Of a stretch of 64,000 nt of DNA, positions 49,301 to 62,774 are shown one piece after another. The position numbers and the translations under genes are program-made. Within the stretch, counting starts at the first letter, position 1. Each line of letters begins with the position of its first letter. Below the pieces are notes generated by a model that did no database searches, was not told the origin of the DNA, and saw only the letters and a list, made by a program, of their open reading frames with translations. Source of the DNA: Sphaerodactylus townsendi (Eukaryota); contig NC_059429.1 in the NCBI RefSeq assembly GCF_021028975.2, positions 52,700,001 to 52,764,000 of the forward strand, in the 5' to 3' direction.

Positions 49301-50389
49301 CTAAGAAATGGAAAAAAACATATTGAGGGGAGATGAGAAAAAGAAATAAGCCCTACACTTTTAACTCAAGACAATAAAAATGATCATATAACTTTGTTCA
49401 ACTACCGTACTGACTAGTAACAAGCTGTCACAGGAAACCTCTCACTCTGTGATCAAGCTCCACTACACTTTCTAATGGAGGGTATTTGTCAAAGCAGAGT
49501 TGTGGCAAGACCAAGAAATTCTAAAGACTTGCCAGCAGTTGATTGTACTATTTCTGTGTAGCGTGTGTACAAATGTTACCTTTTCAAAATGTTACCTTTT
49601 CGATAACATGCTTTATCTAAGAGAAGCCCACTGGTGTAGATAAGTAATTTGAGCTGGACTAATGAGAAGCAGATATGCTGTTGGCGTTTTAGCATTCCAT
49701 AATGGTTGTGTAACTTCATTGGTACACAATTATACCTTGAATATGTCCAGTCTTTAGATCCAGTTGCTGAACTGCACTTCATGTACCTTTACTGATCCAT
49801 GCTTTTATAGCTTTGAATTTAATTGTTTTCATGTTTAACTAGTAAAAGAAGAAACCATTACAGGTGTTTCTATTATACCTTGGCCCTTTCAGTAAAGGTT
49901 CAACATGCATTTGTTTCCTATGTTTTCCTTATAACAATTCTCCACCCCCACCCCAATGAAAAATTGTACCTTGACAACCAAATTCAAATACACAATAAAA
50001 AACATTAAATTCTACAATAAAATGGACAAAACATTTAAGTTCTCTTTCAAATAGAGAGAAAGCCTCCATGCTTATGGCAAGGAAAGGAGAATTGTATTCA
50101 AGTAAACTGAAAACACTGTTGTGGGCATGAAGTTTTATGTAACGTTTATCCTTCTATATCTTGTATGTTTTGATTGCTTTAATCACTTCTTCCCAGCAAA
50201 TATATGTGTATGGCCAGAGATGTCACACACCCCTGCCAAAGTTTTTGTAAGAGCATATGGCCATCATGTGAGAGAGCAAAAGGTTCCTTTATAGAACCTG
50301 TACCTGCTCTGAAGATGCCAGGTTTATGTACTATGTACTGTGGGAAAACATGTAGTATAAGATTGTATGTGTAACTATATAGTGCGCTT

Positions 50390-51056
50390 GGGACCAGTTA
50401 ACCATAACAGACTAATTCAGCCGGAAATATCAGCAATAGCAGAACATGTGATAAACCAAGCTGGGCACAGAATATTGTTTGAAAACACAGACATTCTGAA
50501 CCACTATGTCAGAATATGCAGAGAAGCCACTGAGATCCACCAGCACATGGACAAGCTCAATAGAAAGGAAATGAAAAAAATTTGGTTACCAGTAGTGAAA
50601 AGCACTAGAATCAAGACAGTGGCTAATAAACACCACCCAGGCAAAGGATGTCTCCAGGCAGTAAGCAGTCAAAGGGCTAGTGAACACCACCCACCACTCT
50701 AGGCAGTAAGCAATCAAAGGGATCAAAAGGCCAGGCTACTACAATGCAGATGCCCTCATGAATTGATTATGCTATCTTCATGATTACTCACATGCTAAAT
50801 GGGTGGATCCCGCCCAATACATGCAAATCAAGCTTGCTAATTGCACTTTTTAAACTTGTAAACAGGCAAATGGTTGTGTCTTCCACCCTGGACATTCCAC
50901 AGGTATATACTCCACTTGCTTTACTACCATCAGATCCTCTGAAGATGCCAGCCATAGATGCAGGCGAAAGGTCAGGAGAAAATGCTACTAGAACACAGTC
51001 ATACAGCCCAGAAACCACACAACACCACACTTTCCGGCTGTGAAAGCTTTCAACAG
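50390..51056 (+). mobile_element. Penelope-like element 3' portion (GIY-YIG remnant + hammerhead-bearing repeat)
   Basis: ORF 50367..50702 SAIAEHVINQAGHRILF...REATEI...NR resembles the Penelope GIY-YIG endonuclease C-terminus; CTGAAGA...GAAA-G-GTC at 50939-50973. Confidence 0.85.
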
Positions 51057-51361
51057 TTAAGATTCTTTTAATTAGGAGAGCGGAGGAAAGACTGGACCCT
51101 GGTGGTCAAATCTGTCAGATTATCTCCTCTTTGCAGTAAAGGAAAGGGGAAATTGGTCATTGAATTTGAGATTTATAGTTAATAACATTGGACAGAAGTA
51201 AATCTGAAATTTTGTTTGTGCTTTTAAACAAGCAGTAGAAATTCATTAATATGACGATGTATATGTGACATTTTAGGCTCAGAGAAAGTTATTTAAAGTG
51301 GCCATATGTATATAGAAGTAGTAACCTCAGCAATTTTACATGAATGGCCCCTCTGAACTGA

Positions 51362-51855
51362 GGCTGTTTCTGCACGGCCAGGAGGCGCCCCCACGCCGGC
51401 AGGAGTTCTGCCGGCGTGGGGGCGGGAGCCTGCTCGCGCAAAGGGGAGGCCGGCAGGCGGCTCCGCACGGAGCCACCTCTGCGCTCTCCCCCGCCCCACT
51501 CACGGTGTCCTCCTTGTCGCCTGCGGGGCGTTGCAGCCCCGCCCACGCTGCCTTCCGACCCCTGGAGGTCGGAGGACAGCGTGGGCGGGGCTGCGACGCC
51601 CCACAGGCGACGAGGAGGACACCGTGAGTGGGGCGGAGACGGGAGACAGCGTCTCCCGGCGGCTCGGTTCGCACCGCGCCGCAGGGAAGACGCTCCCTCC
51701 CCAACAACAACCCTTTAAAGGGTTGTTGTTGGGGAGGGAAGAAGAGTCAGGTCGCCGCTGCTGCGTTGCAGCAGCGGCGCCTGTGCGAACGGCGGCCTGG
51801 GGGCGCCTTTTTTGGCGCCCCCAGGCCGTCATAAATGGGCCGTGCAGAAACGGCC
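51362..51855. mobile_element. Young GC-rich MITE (PIF/Harbinger-like)
   Basis: 18-bp TIRs ggctgtttctgcacggcc / ggccgtgcagaaacggcc; CpG retained; internal hairpins. Confidence 0.75.
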
Positions 51856-51914
51856 CGAATGTTTTAAATAAATTGTGCATTTGGTTAGAAGGTTCCAGAT
51901 CAGTTCTCCCTAAA

Positions 51915-52156
51915 AGCTAAAATGACTAAATTGAGGCTACCATACTTTGATCTCATCATCAGAAGCAGAGACTCACTGGAGAAGACAATAACGCCAGGAA
52001 AAGAGAAAGGCCTGACATAAGATGGATTGATTGATTCTATATAGTTCTCAGTTTGCAAGACCTGAGCAAGGTTGTCAATGAGAGGACATTTTGGAGGTCA
52101 TTAATTCATGGTCACAATAGGTCAGAAACAACTTGATGACACTTTACACATACATC
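51915..52156 (+). mobile_element. RTE/BovB-like LINE 3' fragment
   Basis: Decayed KLRLxYFxxIxR...SLEKTI...RWID coding remnant and 3' tail. Confidence 0.65.
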
Positions 52157-53028
52157 TGATTTATATATGGTGATACAATTAGTGACCCAGATACAGACAA
52201 GTATATGTCTCTTCAGATGAAGTTACATATTACACTCAAGCTAATTAATCTAAGATCAAATTAATATTCAGAATTCTATGCAAACCACACCCTTCCCTTG
52301 ATGGACCTTATATTACAACTGTACTGTATATATAATCTTGTAGGACATTCTCACACTATGCAAGATGTGCCACAGAAGTCAGATGGGGAAGTGGCACAGT
52401 GGTGATCAGTTCATATAAAAGATGCCTCAATATGTCGTGTTGGTCGAACTACAAGCCATATTTCTGTGCATGTCCCTTACTGCTATCACATGACAGCTGT
52501 TGAAATATGAAACTGAAGTAAGACTAACTGTCAAACATATACCTCTTGGGTAAGTCCTCCAGTAACTATCATCCAACTGGTTAACATAAACCAGGGCACT
52601 GCCAGGGTCCCAATTCATGCTTTGAAGTTGTATCAATCACTTTACATCTCATTTGTAGAGAACAGAGCTGAACTTTCTGATATCATGCCTCATCAGCTTT
52701 TGCTACCTTGGTGATCCTACAGTTACGTAGATCCTACTACCCTATCCCAACTACCAGTGGTACTGATTGGTGAAGATGTTAATTTGATGAACTTGAAACT
52801 CTTGGAAGTATTCTGAATCGTACACCCACATCATCTGTTTTACATGCATGACGGTGTTATTGTCCTACTAGCAATCATTAGTGGCTGATCCTAGGAGATG
52901 CAAGTCACAGGCCAGATGGCCTTAGCATATACATATCAATCCAATCAAGTAGAGGAGAACAGTTGTTATTTACACTGGAGTGGTTAAATAACAGCATAAT
53001 ATCTTTCCGTGTATGAGTATTAACGTAC

Positions 53029-53250
53029 CTCTTGAAAAGTCTCTGCTTCCCTTTCTTTTATTTCCTGGTCCATAGCTCTCCTCCTTGCTCTTTCCTCTTC
53101 AATTTTTTTCTGTATTTCTTCTTCAGACAATTGCCCAATTTTTTCAAACTTCTTTTTCAGGTTCTTTGCTTGAATGGAGCCACTTCTTTTTAATCTTATC
53201 AATTCCTCATATTCCCTGCTTAACTCAAAGGTTTCACATTCTTCCTCCTC
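53029..53250 (-). CDS. NEXN: NEXN exon ([29 protein letters not shown]...ETFQE)
   Basis: 222 nt, ORF 53020..53202, splice sites. Confidence 0.94.
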
Positions 53251-53572
53251 CTGTCAAAGAAAAAATGCCACAAAGGTATCGGTGAAACAGATTTCTTGCA
53301 GCAAAACCACATTTAATTTATGGATCATTCTTGACAAACTGCTAATCATGGTGATGACATTGGTTTTTAGTGAGAGCATTAAATGGCATGGACCTCCAAC
53401 TTCTCTAGCATGTCTGCTCTTTGTTTTTGCTAGCTGACTACTTAAATGAAATATTAAGCTTATAGCAACTAGTCTTTAAACAATCAGCATATTTTCCTTG
53501 GTCGATGGTTTACTTCCAAAAGTGGGTAGTTGAAAGGAGTACAATCTTTGTAAATATGAGATAATGACAAAC

Positions 53573-53770
53573 CTCTCCCATTTCTTGTCTAAGCTGCTCA
53601 AACTCGTGTTTTTCTATTTCCAGTTTTTGTCTGCGTTCTTCTTTTGTGCGCCTCTTTTCTTCTTCCATTTTTTTCCTCAGTAACTCTTCAAAGTTTATTT
53701 CTAGTTTTCCAGGTGTAAGAGATTCTTGAGATACAGTTTTTGATATCTGTGAAGACTCATCATCTGAAAT
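53573..53770 (-). CDS. NEXN: NEXN exon (ISDDESSQ...[14 protein letters not shown]...QEMGE)
   Basis: 198 nt, splice sites, open frame. Confidence 0.93.
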
Positions 53771-55206
53771 CTATAGGAAATGTATTATTTTGTTAATGAT
53801 AGTGCATCTATCATCTAAGTTTATAAATACATGATTACAGTGATGTGGCTCCTTTACAGCACATGCTTAAGGGATGCTGGTAGGCTTAGTTCTTTCTCCT
53901 GAAACTTTTAAGGTAGAGGTTGTGTGGCTCATGTGGACACTCCAGTATGCTTCAATAAGGAAGGGGAACCAGGCACTGCTCTTGTATCAATGGAATGTCT
54001 TGTAGGAGCAGAAGCACTGGTAATGGAAGGAAAGGACGGAGTGATTTTGCTGACTCTCCTTCACTGCAAGCCCCAGACTGTGGCTCGTTTCTCCCATAAA
54101 CTCTTCATCTGTGCTCCAAAAAACCCCAAGTGATACTTTCCCCAAAAGGTTATATCTTGTCTTTAATTCCCCCTTAAAATTACACATGGAAGTGGCTTTT
54201 TTCTAATGTGGAAAACTTCAAGTATCAATGTACAGTTGAACTTCATGCTGTACTGGATTTACTTCTCACTGTGCAAATGTGATCCTAATCATTATTTATT
54301 TGGAAATAAATTTATTTAAAAGTAAGATTTCCTTTCATATAGTGCCTTTTATTTCATTGGGTCTGTATGGATTCATTTTGCTAGCAGTGGCACTTTTTAC
54401 TGGCACAAGGAGCCTTCTGAAAGTGGCTCAAAAGAGCTACCTGATGCAGAGGAAAGTACCACTGCTGATAAAATGTATCCAGCCCATGTAAAATGCTAGA
54501 ATTAAGGCTGAAGTGTAAAAGAAATGAATTATTATGAATAGTACAATGCTAAACAAAACAAGCCCCAAGAAAACTGACAAAACGAATTGTGTAATTCTCA
54601 ATTATAACCAACTGGGAATGTCACTGAACATTTGGTTTCCATCTCTCTTCTTTAAAACAAAACACCACATGGTCCATTTCCTTACCAGATGCCATCTTGT
54701 TCCTGCATGCTTTGGTCACAATCCTTATTTACTATTGGAAACTCCAGAGACATGATGGATAATGTTCAAAGACATAGGACTGCCAATATATCGGGGGTTT
54801 AATGGAGATTTTTCTACTGAGTGGTTTCAAACATAAATCAATTTGAACCTTCCTGTGACATGGCTACAACATGGTGGGAACCAGTTTTACATTTAAATTA
54901 AAATTTAGGGCAGTGCTGACATATGGGGTTCACAGTTTCATTTGAAAAAAATGCTTATTACTGAAATGTTCTTGAGCCCCACACAGGGTAGCATTCCCAG
55001 TTCCTGCTAACTACCCAGATTTGTAGTTTGCTGTCTGCTCTTTCAGTGTGGATGCCTGGTTAATAGAGTATAAATTTGGATCCTGCGGAACATTTTTGCT
55101 AATTGAAGGGATTTCTGTCAACAGAGCACAACTACCTCCTCCAACTGCAACCCACAATGCCTCCTGAAATGCTCCTGGGAGACAGGAGATTTCCCAAAGA
55201 AGTGTA

Positions 55207-55250
<44 letters not shown>

Positions 55251-55265
55251 AGAGAGAGAGAGAGA
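55207..55265. repeat. Compound microsatellite (TGCG)n(AG)n
   Basis: Directly visible. Confidence 0.95.
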
Positions 55266-55475
55266 CTTGCAGCAGGAGAGGGCTTTTCGCCACCAAATTC
55301 TGTCAAGCAGCAATTTATAATCTACTCAAAAAAAATTTCACTCTATCATACAAATTTTCATCTTTCTATTCACACCTGCCAACTTCATCTTGGAACATCT
55401 TTGGTTTTTATTCAAGTGGACATGTGTAAAACATACACATGCTAATTTCAATAAATTAAAAGTAGGACAATCATC

Positions 55476-58400
55476 ACATGTATGACTATCTGCCACTAGG
55501 ACAGAAGTCGTGGGTGTGCCCTTGCTGCAATGAGCTCCTGGCACTCAAGGAACGTGTGCGTTCTCTTGAAGCCAAGGTGGCAGACCTGGAGAAGCTGAAA
55601 GAGGCAGAGAGGGTGACAGACGAGGCTTTCAGGGACCTAACAGCCGGGTCCCACTCCCAAGGTGACATCTCTTCAGATGTCATGGAGAATGAAGGCCTTG
55701 GGGATGGAGGGTGCCAGTCTGAGGTGGGGGAAGATGCTCCCTTAGTTGGGATCCCTTCCTTAACTGGTGATCAGCTATCCTCTCGCACTGAGGATACCCC
55801 TCGGGGAGGTGGGGGCTCCTTGTAGTGGGTGATTCGATCATTAGAAATGTAGAGAGTTGGGTTTGTGAGAGGCGTGATGACCGCATGGTGACTTGCCTGC
55901 CTGGTGCGAAGGTTGCGGATGTCACACTTCGTCTAGATAGGCTTTTAGACAGTGCTGGGGTGGAGTCAGCAGTTGTGGTCCACATTGGCACCAACGACAT
56001 TGGGAAATGTAGCCGGGAGGTTCTGGAAGCTAAATTTAGGCTGCTAGGGAAAAGGTTGAAGTCCAGGACCTCCAAGGTGGCATTCTCAGAAATGCTACCC
56101 GTTCCACGCGCAGGGCGAGCTAGGCAAGCAGAGATACAGGATCTCAATGCGTGGATGAGAAGGTGGTGTAAGGCAGAGGGTTTCAGATTTGTCAGGAACT
56201 GGGAACTTTTTGGGACAAGGCAGGCCTGTACAAACGGGACGGGCTTCATCTTAACCAAAGAGGAACCAGGCTGCTGGCTCCAACATTAAAAAGGTGGCAG
56301 AACAGCTTTTAAACTGATCACTGGGGAAAGCCGACAGGAGCTGAGGTAACTTCGGTTCGGAATACAGAGTCCATGGGGATGCAGACAGAGAGGGAGGTTT
56401 TTCTAAATCAACCACATACAAGTGAGGAACATAGCAATGTGCATGTGACAAGGGATAGTGTCTACAAAAGACTTGAGGGTAAAGCACATAAATCCCAGGT
56501 TAAGGACAGAGACAGGGTATACAGGTGTCTCTATGCTAATAGTAGAAGAATTCGATCTAAAATGGGGGACCTAGAGTACAGAGTTTTGAAGGAGGACTTT
56601 GATATAGTGGGCATTACAGAGACATGGTGGAATGAGAAGAACCAGTGGGATGCTGTTATACCAGGCTACAGGCTCTATAGGAAGGATAGGACAGAGCGCA
56701 TTGGGGGTGGAGTTGCTCCTTTACATCAAAGAGAGCATAGTATCACATAAAATAGACAATGCAAGGGGAGCTGGTTCCCCTACAGAATCACTGTGGATAT
56801 CAATACCAGGTGTGAAGGACAGTTTAATATTAGGAATATATTATCGTCCCCCGCACCAAAGTGCACAAGAGGATTCTGAGATGGAAAAAAAAAAAATTAG
56901 AGAGGCCAACCCAAACCAAAATGTAGTGGTAATGGGTGATTTTAACTATCCCCATATAAACTGGAAAAATGCATGTTCAGGTCATAGTAAGGAGAGAGCA
57001 TTCCTGGATATGCTAAATGACTGTGGCTTAGAGCAGATGGTTGTGGAACCAACCAGGGGAGAGGTGATCCTAGATCTAATTCTATGTGGGACCCAGGACC
57101 TGGTGCAGGAAGTCAGTGTTGTTGAGCCGATAGGGAACAGCGACCACAATGCTGTCAGATTCAGTATCTCAGCATGCGAACAAGTGGCAACTACTAGTGT
57201 AGTTACATTCGCCTTCAGAAAGGGAAATTTCTCAAAGATGCGGGGGATAGTGCGCAGGAAGCTGAAAGGGAAAATCAAGAGAGTCAAAACTGTCCAGGAT
57301 GCTTGGAGGTTATTTAAAACACAGTAATAAAAGCTCAGCTGGAATGTGTTCCACAGGTTAGAAAAGGCAGCACCCAGTCCAAAAGAAAGCCACCATGGTT
57401 AACAAGAGAGGTTGAGGAAAAAAGAAAATGTCTTTTAGAAAATGGAAGTCCAGTTTGGCTGATGAAGAATATGAGAGGGAACACAAATGGTGGCAAAAGA
57501 GAAGCAAGTTAGCTGTAAGGGAGGCAAAAAGGATTATGAGGAACGCATGGCTGCGAACATCAAGACCAGCAACAAACAGTTCTTCAAGTACATCAAAAGC
57601 AGGAAGCCAGCAAGGGAAGCGGTAGGCCAGTTAGATGACAAAGGAACAAAGGGTGTGCTAAAAGATGGCAGGGAGATTGCAGAGAAGCTGAATGAATTCT
57701 TTGCATCTGTCTTCACCCAAGAGGAGGTGAGGAACATTCCTGCACCTGAACCAAGCTTCTTAGGAGGCGAATCCGAGGAACTAGCGAAGATAGTGGTAGA
57801 CAAGGAAGAAGTTCTGGCAGCCATTGATAAACTAAATGTTACCAAATCCCCTGGCCCAGATTGCATTCACCCAAGAGTTCTTAAAGAGCTCAAGCATGAA
57901 ATTGCTGATCTTCTCACTTTAATATGCAACTTATCCCTGAAATCAAGCTCCATCCCTGAAGACTGGAAGATGGCCAATGTCACACCAATCTTTAAGAAAG
58001 GATCTAGGGGGCACCCGGGAAATTACAGGCCAGTCAGTTTGACATCTGTTCCTGGTAAATTAGTAGAATCTGTCATTAAAGATAAAATTATAAAACATGT
58101 AGAAAAGCAAGACCTGATGAGAAAGAGTCAGCATGGCTTTTGCAGAGGCAAATCCTGTCTTACAAACTTACTAGAGTTCTTTGAGGGTGTAAACAGGCAT
58201 GTGGACAGGGGTGAACCGGTGGACATTGGACATTGTCTACTTGGATTTCCAAAAGGCTTTTGACAAAGTTCCTCACCAGAGACTGTTGAGAAAACTCAGC
58301 AATGAAGGAATAAGAGGGGAAGTCCTCCTATGGATTAAAAACTGGTTGAGGAACAGGAAACAAAGAGTGGGTGTAAATGGGAAATTCTCACAATGGAGAG

Positions 58401-59528
58401 ATGTAAGGAATGGTGTCCCCCCAAGGATCCGTTTTGGGACCAGTGCTCTTTAACCTATTCATAAATGACCTGGAAGTAGGGGTGGGTAGCGTGGTGGCCA
58501 AGTTTGCAGATGATACCAAATTATGTAGGGTGGTGAGAACCACAAAGGATTGCGAAGAGCTCCAAGCGGACCTTGATAAATTAGGTGAGTGGGCTCAGAA
58601 ATGGCAAATGCAGTTCAATGTAGCAAAATGTAAAGTGATGCACATAGGGGCAAAAAATCCAAACTTCACATACACGCTACAGGGGTCAGTGCTATCAGTC
58701 ACAGAGCAGGAAAGGGATTTAGGCGTCTTAGTTGATAGTTCCATGGGAATGTCAACTCAATGCATGGCAGCTGTGAAAAAAGGCAAACTCTATGCTGGGG
58801 ATCATTAGAAAAGGAATTGATAATAAAACTGCAAAGATTGTCATGCCCTTATATAAAGCAGTGGTGCGACCGCACTTGGAGTACTGTGTCCAGTTCTGGT
58901 GGCCGCATCTCAAAAAGGATATTGAGGAGATAGAAAAAGTGCAGAGAAGGGCAACAAGGATGATTGAGGGACTGGAGCACCTTCCCTATGAGGAGAGGAT
59001 GCAGCGTTTGGGACTCTTTAGTTTGGAGAGGAGGCGGCTGAGGGGGGATATGATTGAAGTCTACAAAATTATGCATGGGGTAGAAAATGTTGACAGAGAG
59101 AAATTTTTCTCTCTTTCTCACAATACTAGAACCAGGGAGCATTCATTGAAAATGCTGGGGGGAAGAATTAGGACTAATAAAAGGAAACACTTCTTCACAC
59201 AACGTGTGATTGGTGTTTGGAATATGCTGCCACAGGAGGTGGTGATGGCCACTAACCTGGATAGCTTTAAAAGGGGCTTGGACAGATTTATGGAGGAGAA
59301 GTCGATTTATGGCTACCAATCTGATCCTCTTTGATCTCAGATTGCAAATGCCTTAACAGACCAGGTGATCGGGAGCAACAGCCGCAGAAGGCCATTGCGT
59401 TCACATCCTACATGTGAGCTCCCAAAGGCACCTGGTGGGCCACTGCGAGTAGCAGAGAGCTGGACTAGATGTACTTTGGTCTGATCCAGCTGGCTTGTTC
59501 TTATGTTCTTATGTTCTTATGTTCTTAT
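55476..59528 (+). mobile_element. Near full-length CR1 LINE in NEXN intron (antisense to NEXN)
   Basis: ORF1 zinc-finger/coiled coil plus SGNH esterase (GDSIIR, HIGTND). ORF2 APE (GITETW, GDFN, SDH) and RT (PQGSVLGP, KFADD) with frameshifts. (TTCTTATG)4 tail; possible ATCATC TSD. Confidence 0.96.
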
Positions 59529-59725
59529 CATCTGTTGCCGTGGAGCACCAGTGACATTCTAAAGAGTATGAATTCAAATTTTGCTGTAAATTATTTTCTG
59601 TGCATACTTTGTTCTGAACATAATATGACCACTGACCACATTTTACTGTTATATTGAGAGATTGAGAATGCAATTTCATACAAATCTAATAATTATTTCC
59701 AAAATGAATGAGTGACATTATCTAC

Positions 59726-59914
59726 CAGGCTTTTTCTTGCTTCAGCAAATGCCTTTTTCTCCTCTTCTATACGCCTTCTGGCCTCCTCTTCTGTTCGTTT
59801 TTTTTCTTCTTCTTGCCTCTGTCTTTCTAATTCCTCAAAGCTAAGTATCAGTTTTCCAGGATGCAACTCCTTGACAGAATTTTCACTATCTGTATCATCA
59901 CCATCTTGGTTCAT
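59726..59914 (-). CDS. NEXN: NEXN exon (MNQDGDD...[14 protein letters not shown]...RKSL)
   Basis: 189 nt, ORF 59693..59914, splice sites. Confidence 0.92.
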
Positions 59915-60431
59915 CTTTGGGAAACAAAACCCAGAAAAGCAGCTTTTTCAAAGAGCAGTCAAATGTACAGATAAGCCAGGAAATACTGGATTTTGAAAAC
60001 AGCATTTTAAAAAGTCCTAGTATTTTAAAAAATGTACAGATGTGTATACTTACTAGTGAACTTCAGGCTTGGGAATATTTTTAAATGGCAAACACAGTGA
60101 TTAAAAAAATATGGCATACAAACCTCTGATATAAACTTGCCAATACAGTGACAACATTTGAGATGCTAGAGCATTCACTAACCACCAAAAGAAGTAGAAT
60201 TTTAAAAAACCCACTTTCTCTAATAAAATTGTTTTTGGTTGTGCTAAGATATCATAAACTGACAGTGGTCTACTAAGTGGTCTACTCAGAAGGTCTGATC
60301 AGGATCCTGCTGGAGACTACGCAATGGGGAGTACTTAATGGGGCTAGAAAGTATTTGTAGGATTGTCCTGTGATTTTGCTACCGGTATATCTCCCTTTAC
60401 CTTTCACAAAGACTCGATTGTGAGAACTTAC

Positions 60432-60611
60432 CATTTGCTGCCTTGCTTCCTCAAAGGCACGTTTTTCCTCTTCTAAGCGTTGTCTAGCCTCCTCTTCTGC
60501 TTGTTTCCTTTGATTTTCCTGCCTTTGTCTTTCCAGTTCTTCAAAAGTCAATTTTACTTTTCCAAGACACATAGATTCTTTTCTTTCACTGTTTTTGATT
60601 TCATCTTCATC
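60432..60611 (-). CDS. NEXN: NEXN exon (DEDEIKN...[12 protein letters not shown]...ARQQM)
   Basis: 180 nt, ORF 60282..60572, splice sites. Confidence 0.92.
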
Positions 60612-60731
60612 CTATATTGTAAGTTTATGATTAAAATATAAACCACATATTAAATTTAAATTAATAAGTTATGTAGAATACATTCCACTGCAATCAATAG
60701 AGCCTACTTATGTGTAGATTTCAGCCCAGTA

Positions 60732-62308
60732 TAGAGGCATAGCTGGGCCAAACTGTGCCTGGGGCGGACTCTGCGTTTTCCACCCCTCCCATAGGCCCCA
60801 CTCCCCCCACCCCAGCCCCCCCCACATGCCCCACTTACCTTAGTTCTAAGTTTCAGGCCAAGGACGTGGTTAAGGGGGGATTTCTCGGGTTCAACCCCGC
60901 CGTTCATGTCCGAAGCTCTGCCCCCCCCATTTGTGGGTTTTTACAACATTTTAGTGGGTTTTTTGGCCCACAGGGAGCGCATTGTTTAGGCTAGGGATTG
61001 TTTGGGGGACTCTTCTGATGATACTACCCAGGTTTGGTGAGGTTTGGTTCAGGGGGTCCAAAGTTATGGACTCCCAAAGGGGGTGCCCCCATCCTCCATT
61101 GTTTCCAATGGGAGCTAATAGAAGATGGGGGCTACACCTTTGAGGGTCCATAACTTTGGACCCGCTGAACCAAACTTCACCAAACCTGGGTGGTATCATT
61201 AGGAGAGTCTCACCCTGACAGCAGGCACCCCCCAAATTTCCCCAGATTCTCCTTTAAAATCCACCCCATTCGGCATGGATTTAAAGGGAGAATCTGATGT
61301 CCTCAGTTTAGAAGAAGAAGAGTTTGGATTTATATCCCCCCCTTTCTCTCATGTAGGAGACTCAAAGGAGCTTACAATCTCCTTCCCCTTCCCCTCTCAC
61401 AACAAACACCCTGTAAGGTAGGTGGGGCTGAGAGAGCTCCGAAAAGCTGTGACTAACCCAAGGTCACCCAGCTGGTGTGTGTTGGAGTGCACAGGCTTAT
61501 CTGAATTCCCCAGATAAGCCTCCACAGCTCAAGCGGCAGAGCAGAGAATCAAACCCGGTTCCTCCAGATTAGAATGCACCTGCTCTTAACCACTATGCCA
61601 CATTGAAAGTGATGCTGTTTCAGGGTGGGGGATAATCCACCCCAAAACAGCACCACTTTCAATGTTGTTTAACTGGGGACCCCAGATTCTCCCTTTGAGG
61701 TGGATTTAAAAGGAGAATTTGGGCTCTCTACTTTAAACACCTTTGAAAGTGATGCTGTTTGGGGGTGGATTCCAGCATCACAGCGGCTGCCCGGGGTGTG
61801 TGTGTGTGTGTGCAAAACTCAGATTTTGCACAGGGCTCCATTTTCCCTCTATGCCTCTGCCCAGAGGGGAGGGCAGAAGGAACTGCCGACTGCCGGCTGG
61901 GAGCCCAGCTGGTGGGGGCAGGGGAGGGCAGGGGAGTCTGCTGTCTCTGGCCTCGGAGAGCTGCTTTTATAAGTGCTTGGCAGGGGGCGGGGCTTGGGGA
62001 AGCTTGGCCATGCCGCCCCCCCCTAAAAAATCTATACCTACGTCCCTGTTTCAGGCTGAAAAGCGGCCTGTTCAGTTGAGGCTGAAAAAAGTTCAGGTGA
62101 GAACTACACTACCCAGGAGTCCTTGGGGCTTGCAAGGTCTCCTGGATAGTGTAGTTCCCACAAGGGCCCATTTCAGCCTGAATGGAACAGGCCGCTTTTC
62201 AGCCTGAAACTTAACCTGAAACTAAGAACTTTTTTTCCGCCCCCGTCCCGCCCCAGGCGTGCGCCCAATGTGAGGCGCACCCCCCATCCCCTTGTAGCTT
62301 CGCCAATG
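60732..62308. mobile_element. Non-autonomous hAT element
   Basis: Imperfect TIRs tagaggcatagct / agcttcgccaatg; 8-bp TSD GCCCAGTA at 60724-60731 and 62309-62316. Confidence 0.8.
61310..61601 (-). mobile_element. tRNA-derived squamate SINE nested in the hAT element
   Basis: Minus strand: A box gtggcatagtggtta, B-box-like ggtttgattc, (TTC)n tail. Confidence 0.8.
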
Positions 62309-62490
62309 GCCCAGTAGCACCTTAGAGATCAACAAAGGTTTTGGGGGTATGAACTTGTGAGAGTCAATGCTTCCTTTGCCAGATAAGTTTCTATCTGATG
62401 AAGGGAGTGTTGACTCTCAAAAGCTTACATCCTTCTGCCTCTCCAAAGAAATCTTGTTGGTCTCTGAGGTGCCACTAGAATTAAATCTAG
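62309..62490. mobile_element. Palindromic Penelope-derived element with decayed hammerhead core; left tip displaced to ~60712-60731
   Basis: Inverted arms around 62385-62391; CTGATGA(62395)-agggag...ctct-cAAAAGCTTA. Confidence 0.65.
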
Positions 62491-62576
62491 CTGTTCTACT
62501 GCAAACCAGCATAGTTACCTTCTGAAACTACTCTGTGTAAGCATATTTAGTATCAGCATGTAAAGGTTTTGCTTAC

Positions 62577-62774
62577 TTCAACTGGTGAAAAATATTTCAC
62601 TTCCTTGAGAGCTTCCTTTTCCTGCTCATATCTCAATCGTTTTTCTTCTTCATGTTTTTGCCTTTCTTGGTCTTCTCTCTCTTTTTCTAGATCCTCAAAA
62701 CTTATTTTCATTTTTCCGGGTGATTTGGTATGTTTTACAGGAACTACAGTTACTAGCAATGAATCATCACCTTC
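62577..62774 (-). CDS. NEXN: NEXN exon ([14 protein letters not shown]...FSPVE)
   Basis: 198 nt, ORF 62553..62789, splice sites. Confidence 0.93.

Noticed and set aside
51289-51920. Stack of GC-rich ORFs / apparent internal promoter
   Set aside because: Explained by the TIR-bounded GC-rich MITE.
55011-55445. ORFs with RTHA/CVRA repeats
   Set aside because: Translation of the (TGCG)n microsatellite.
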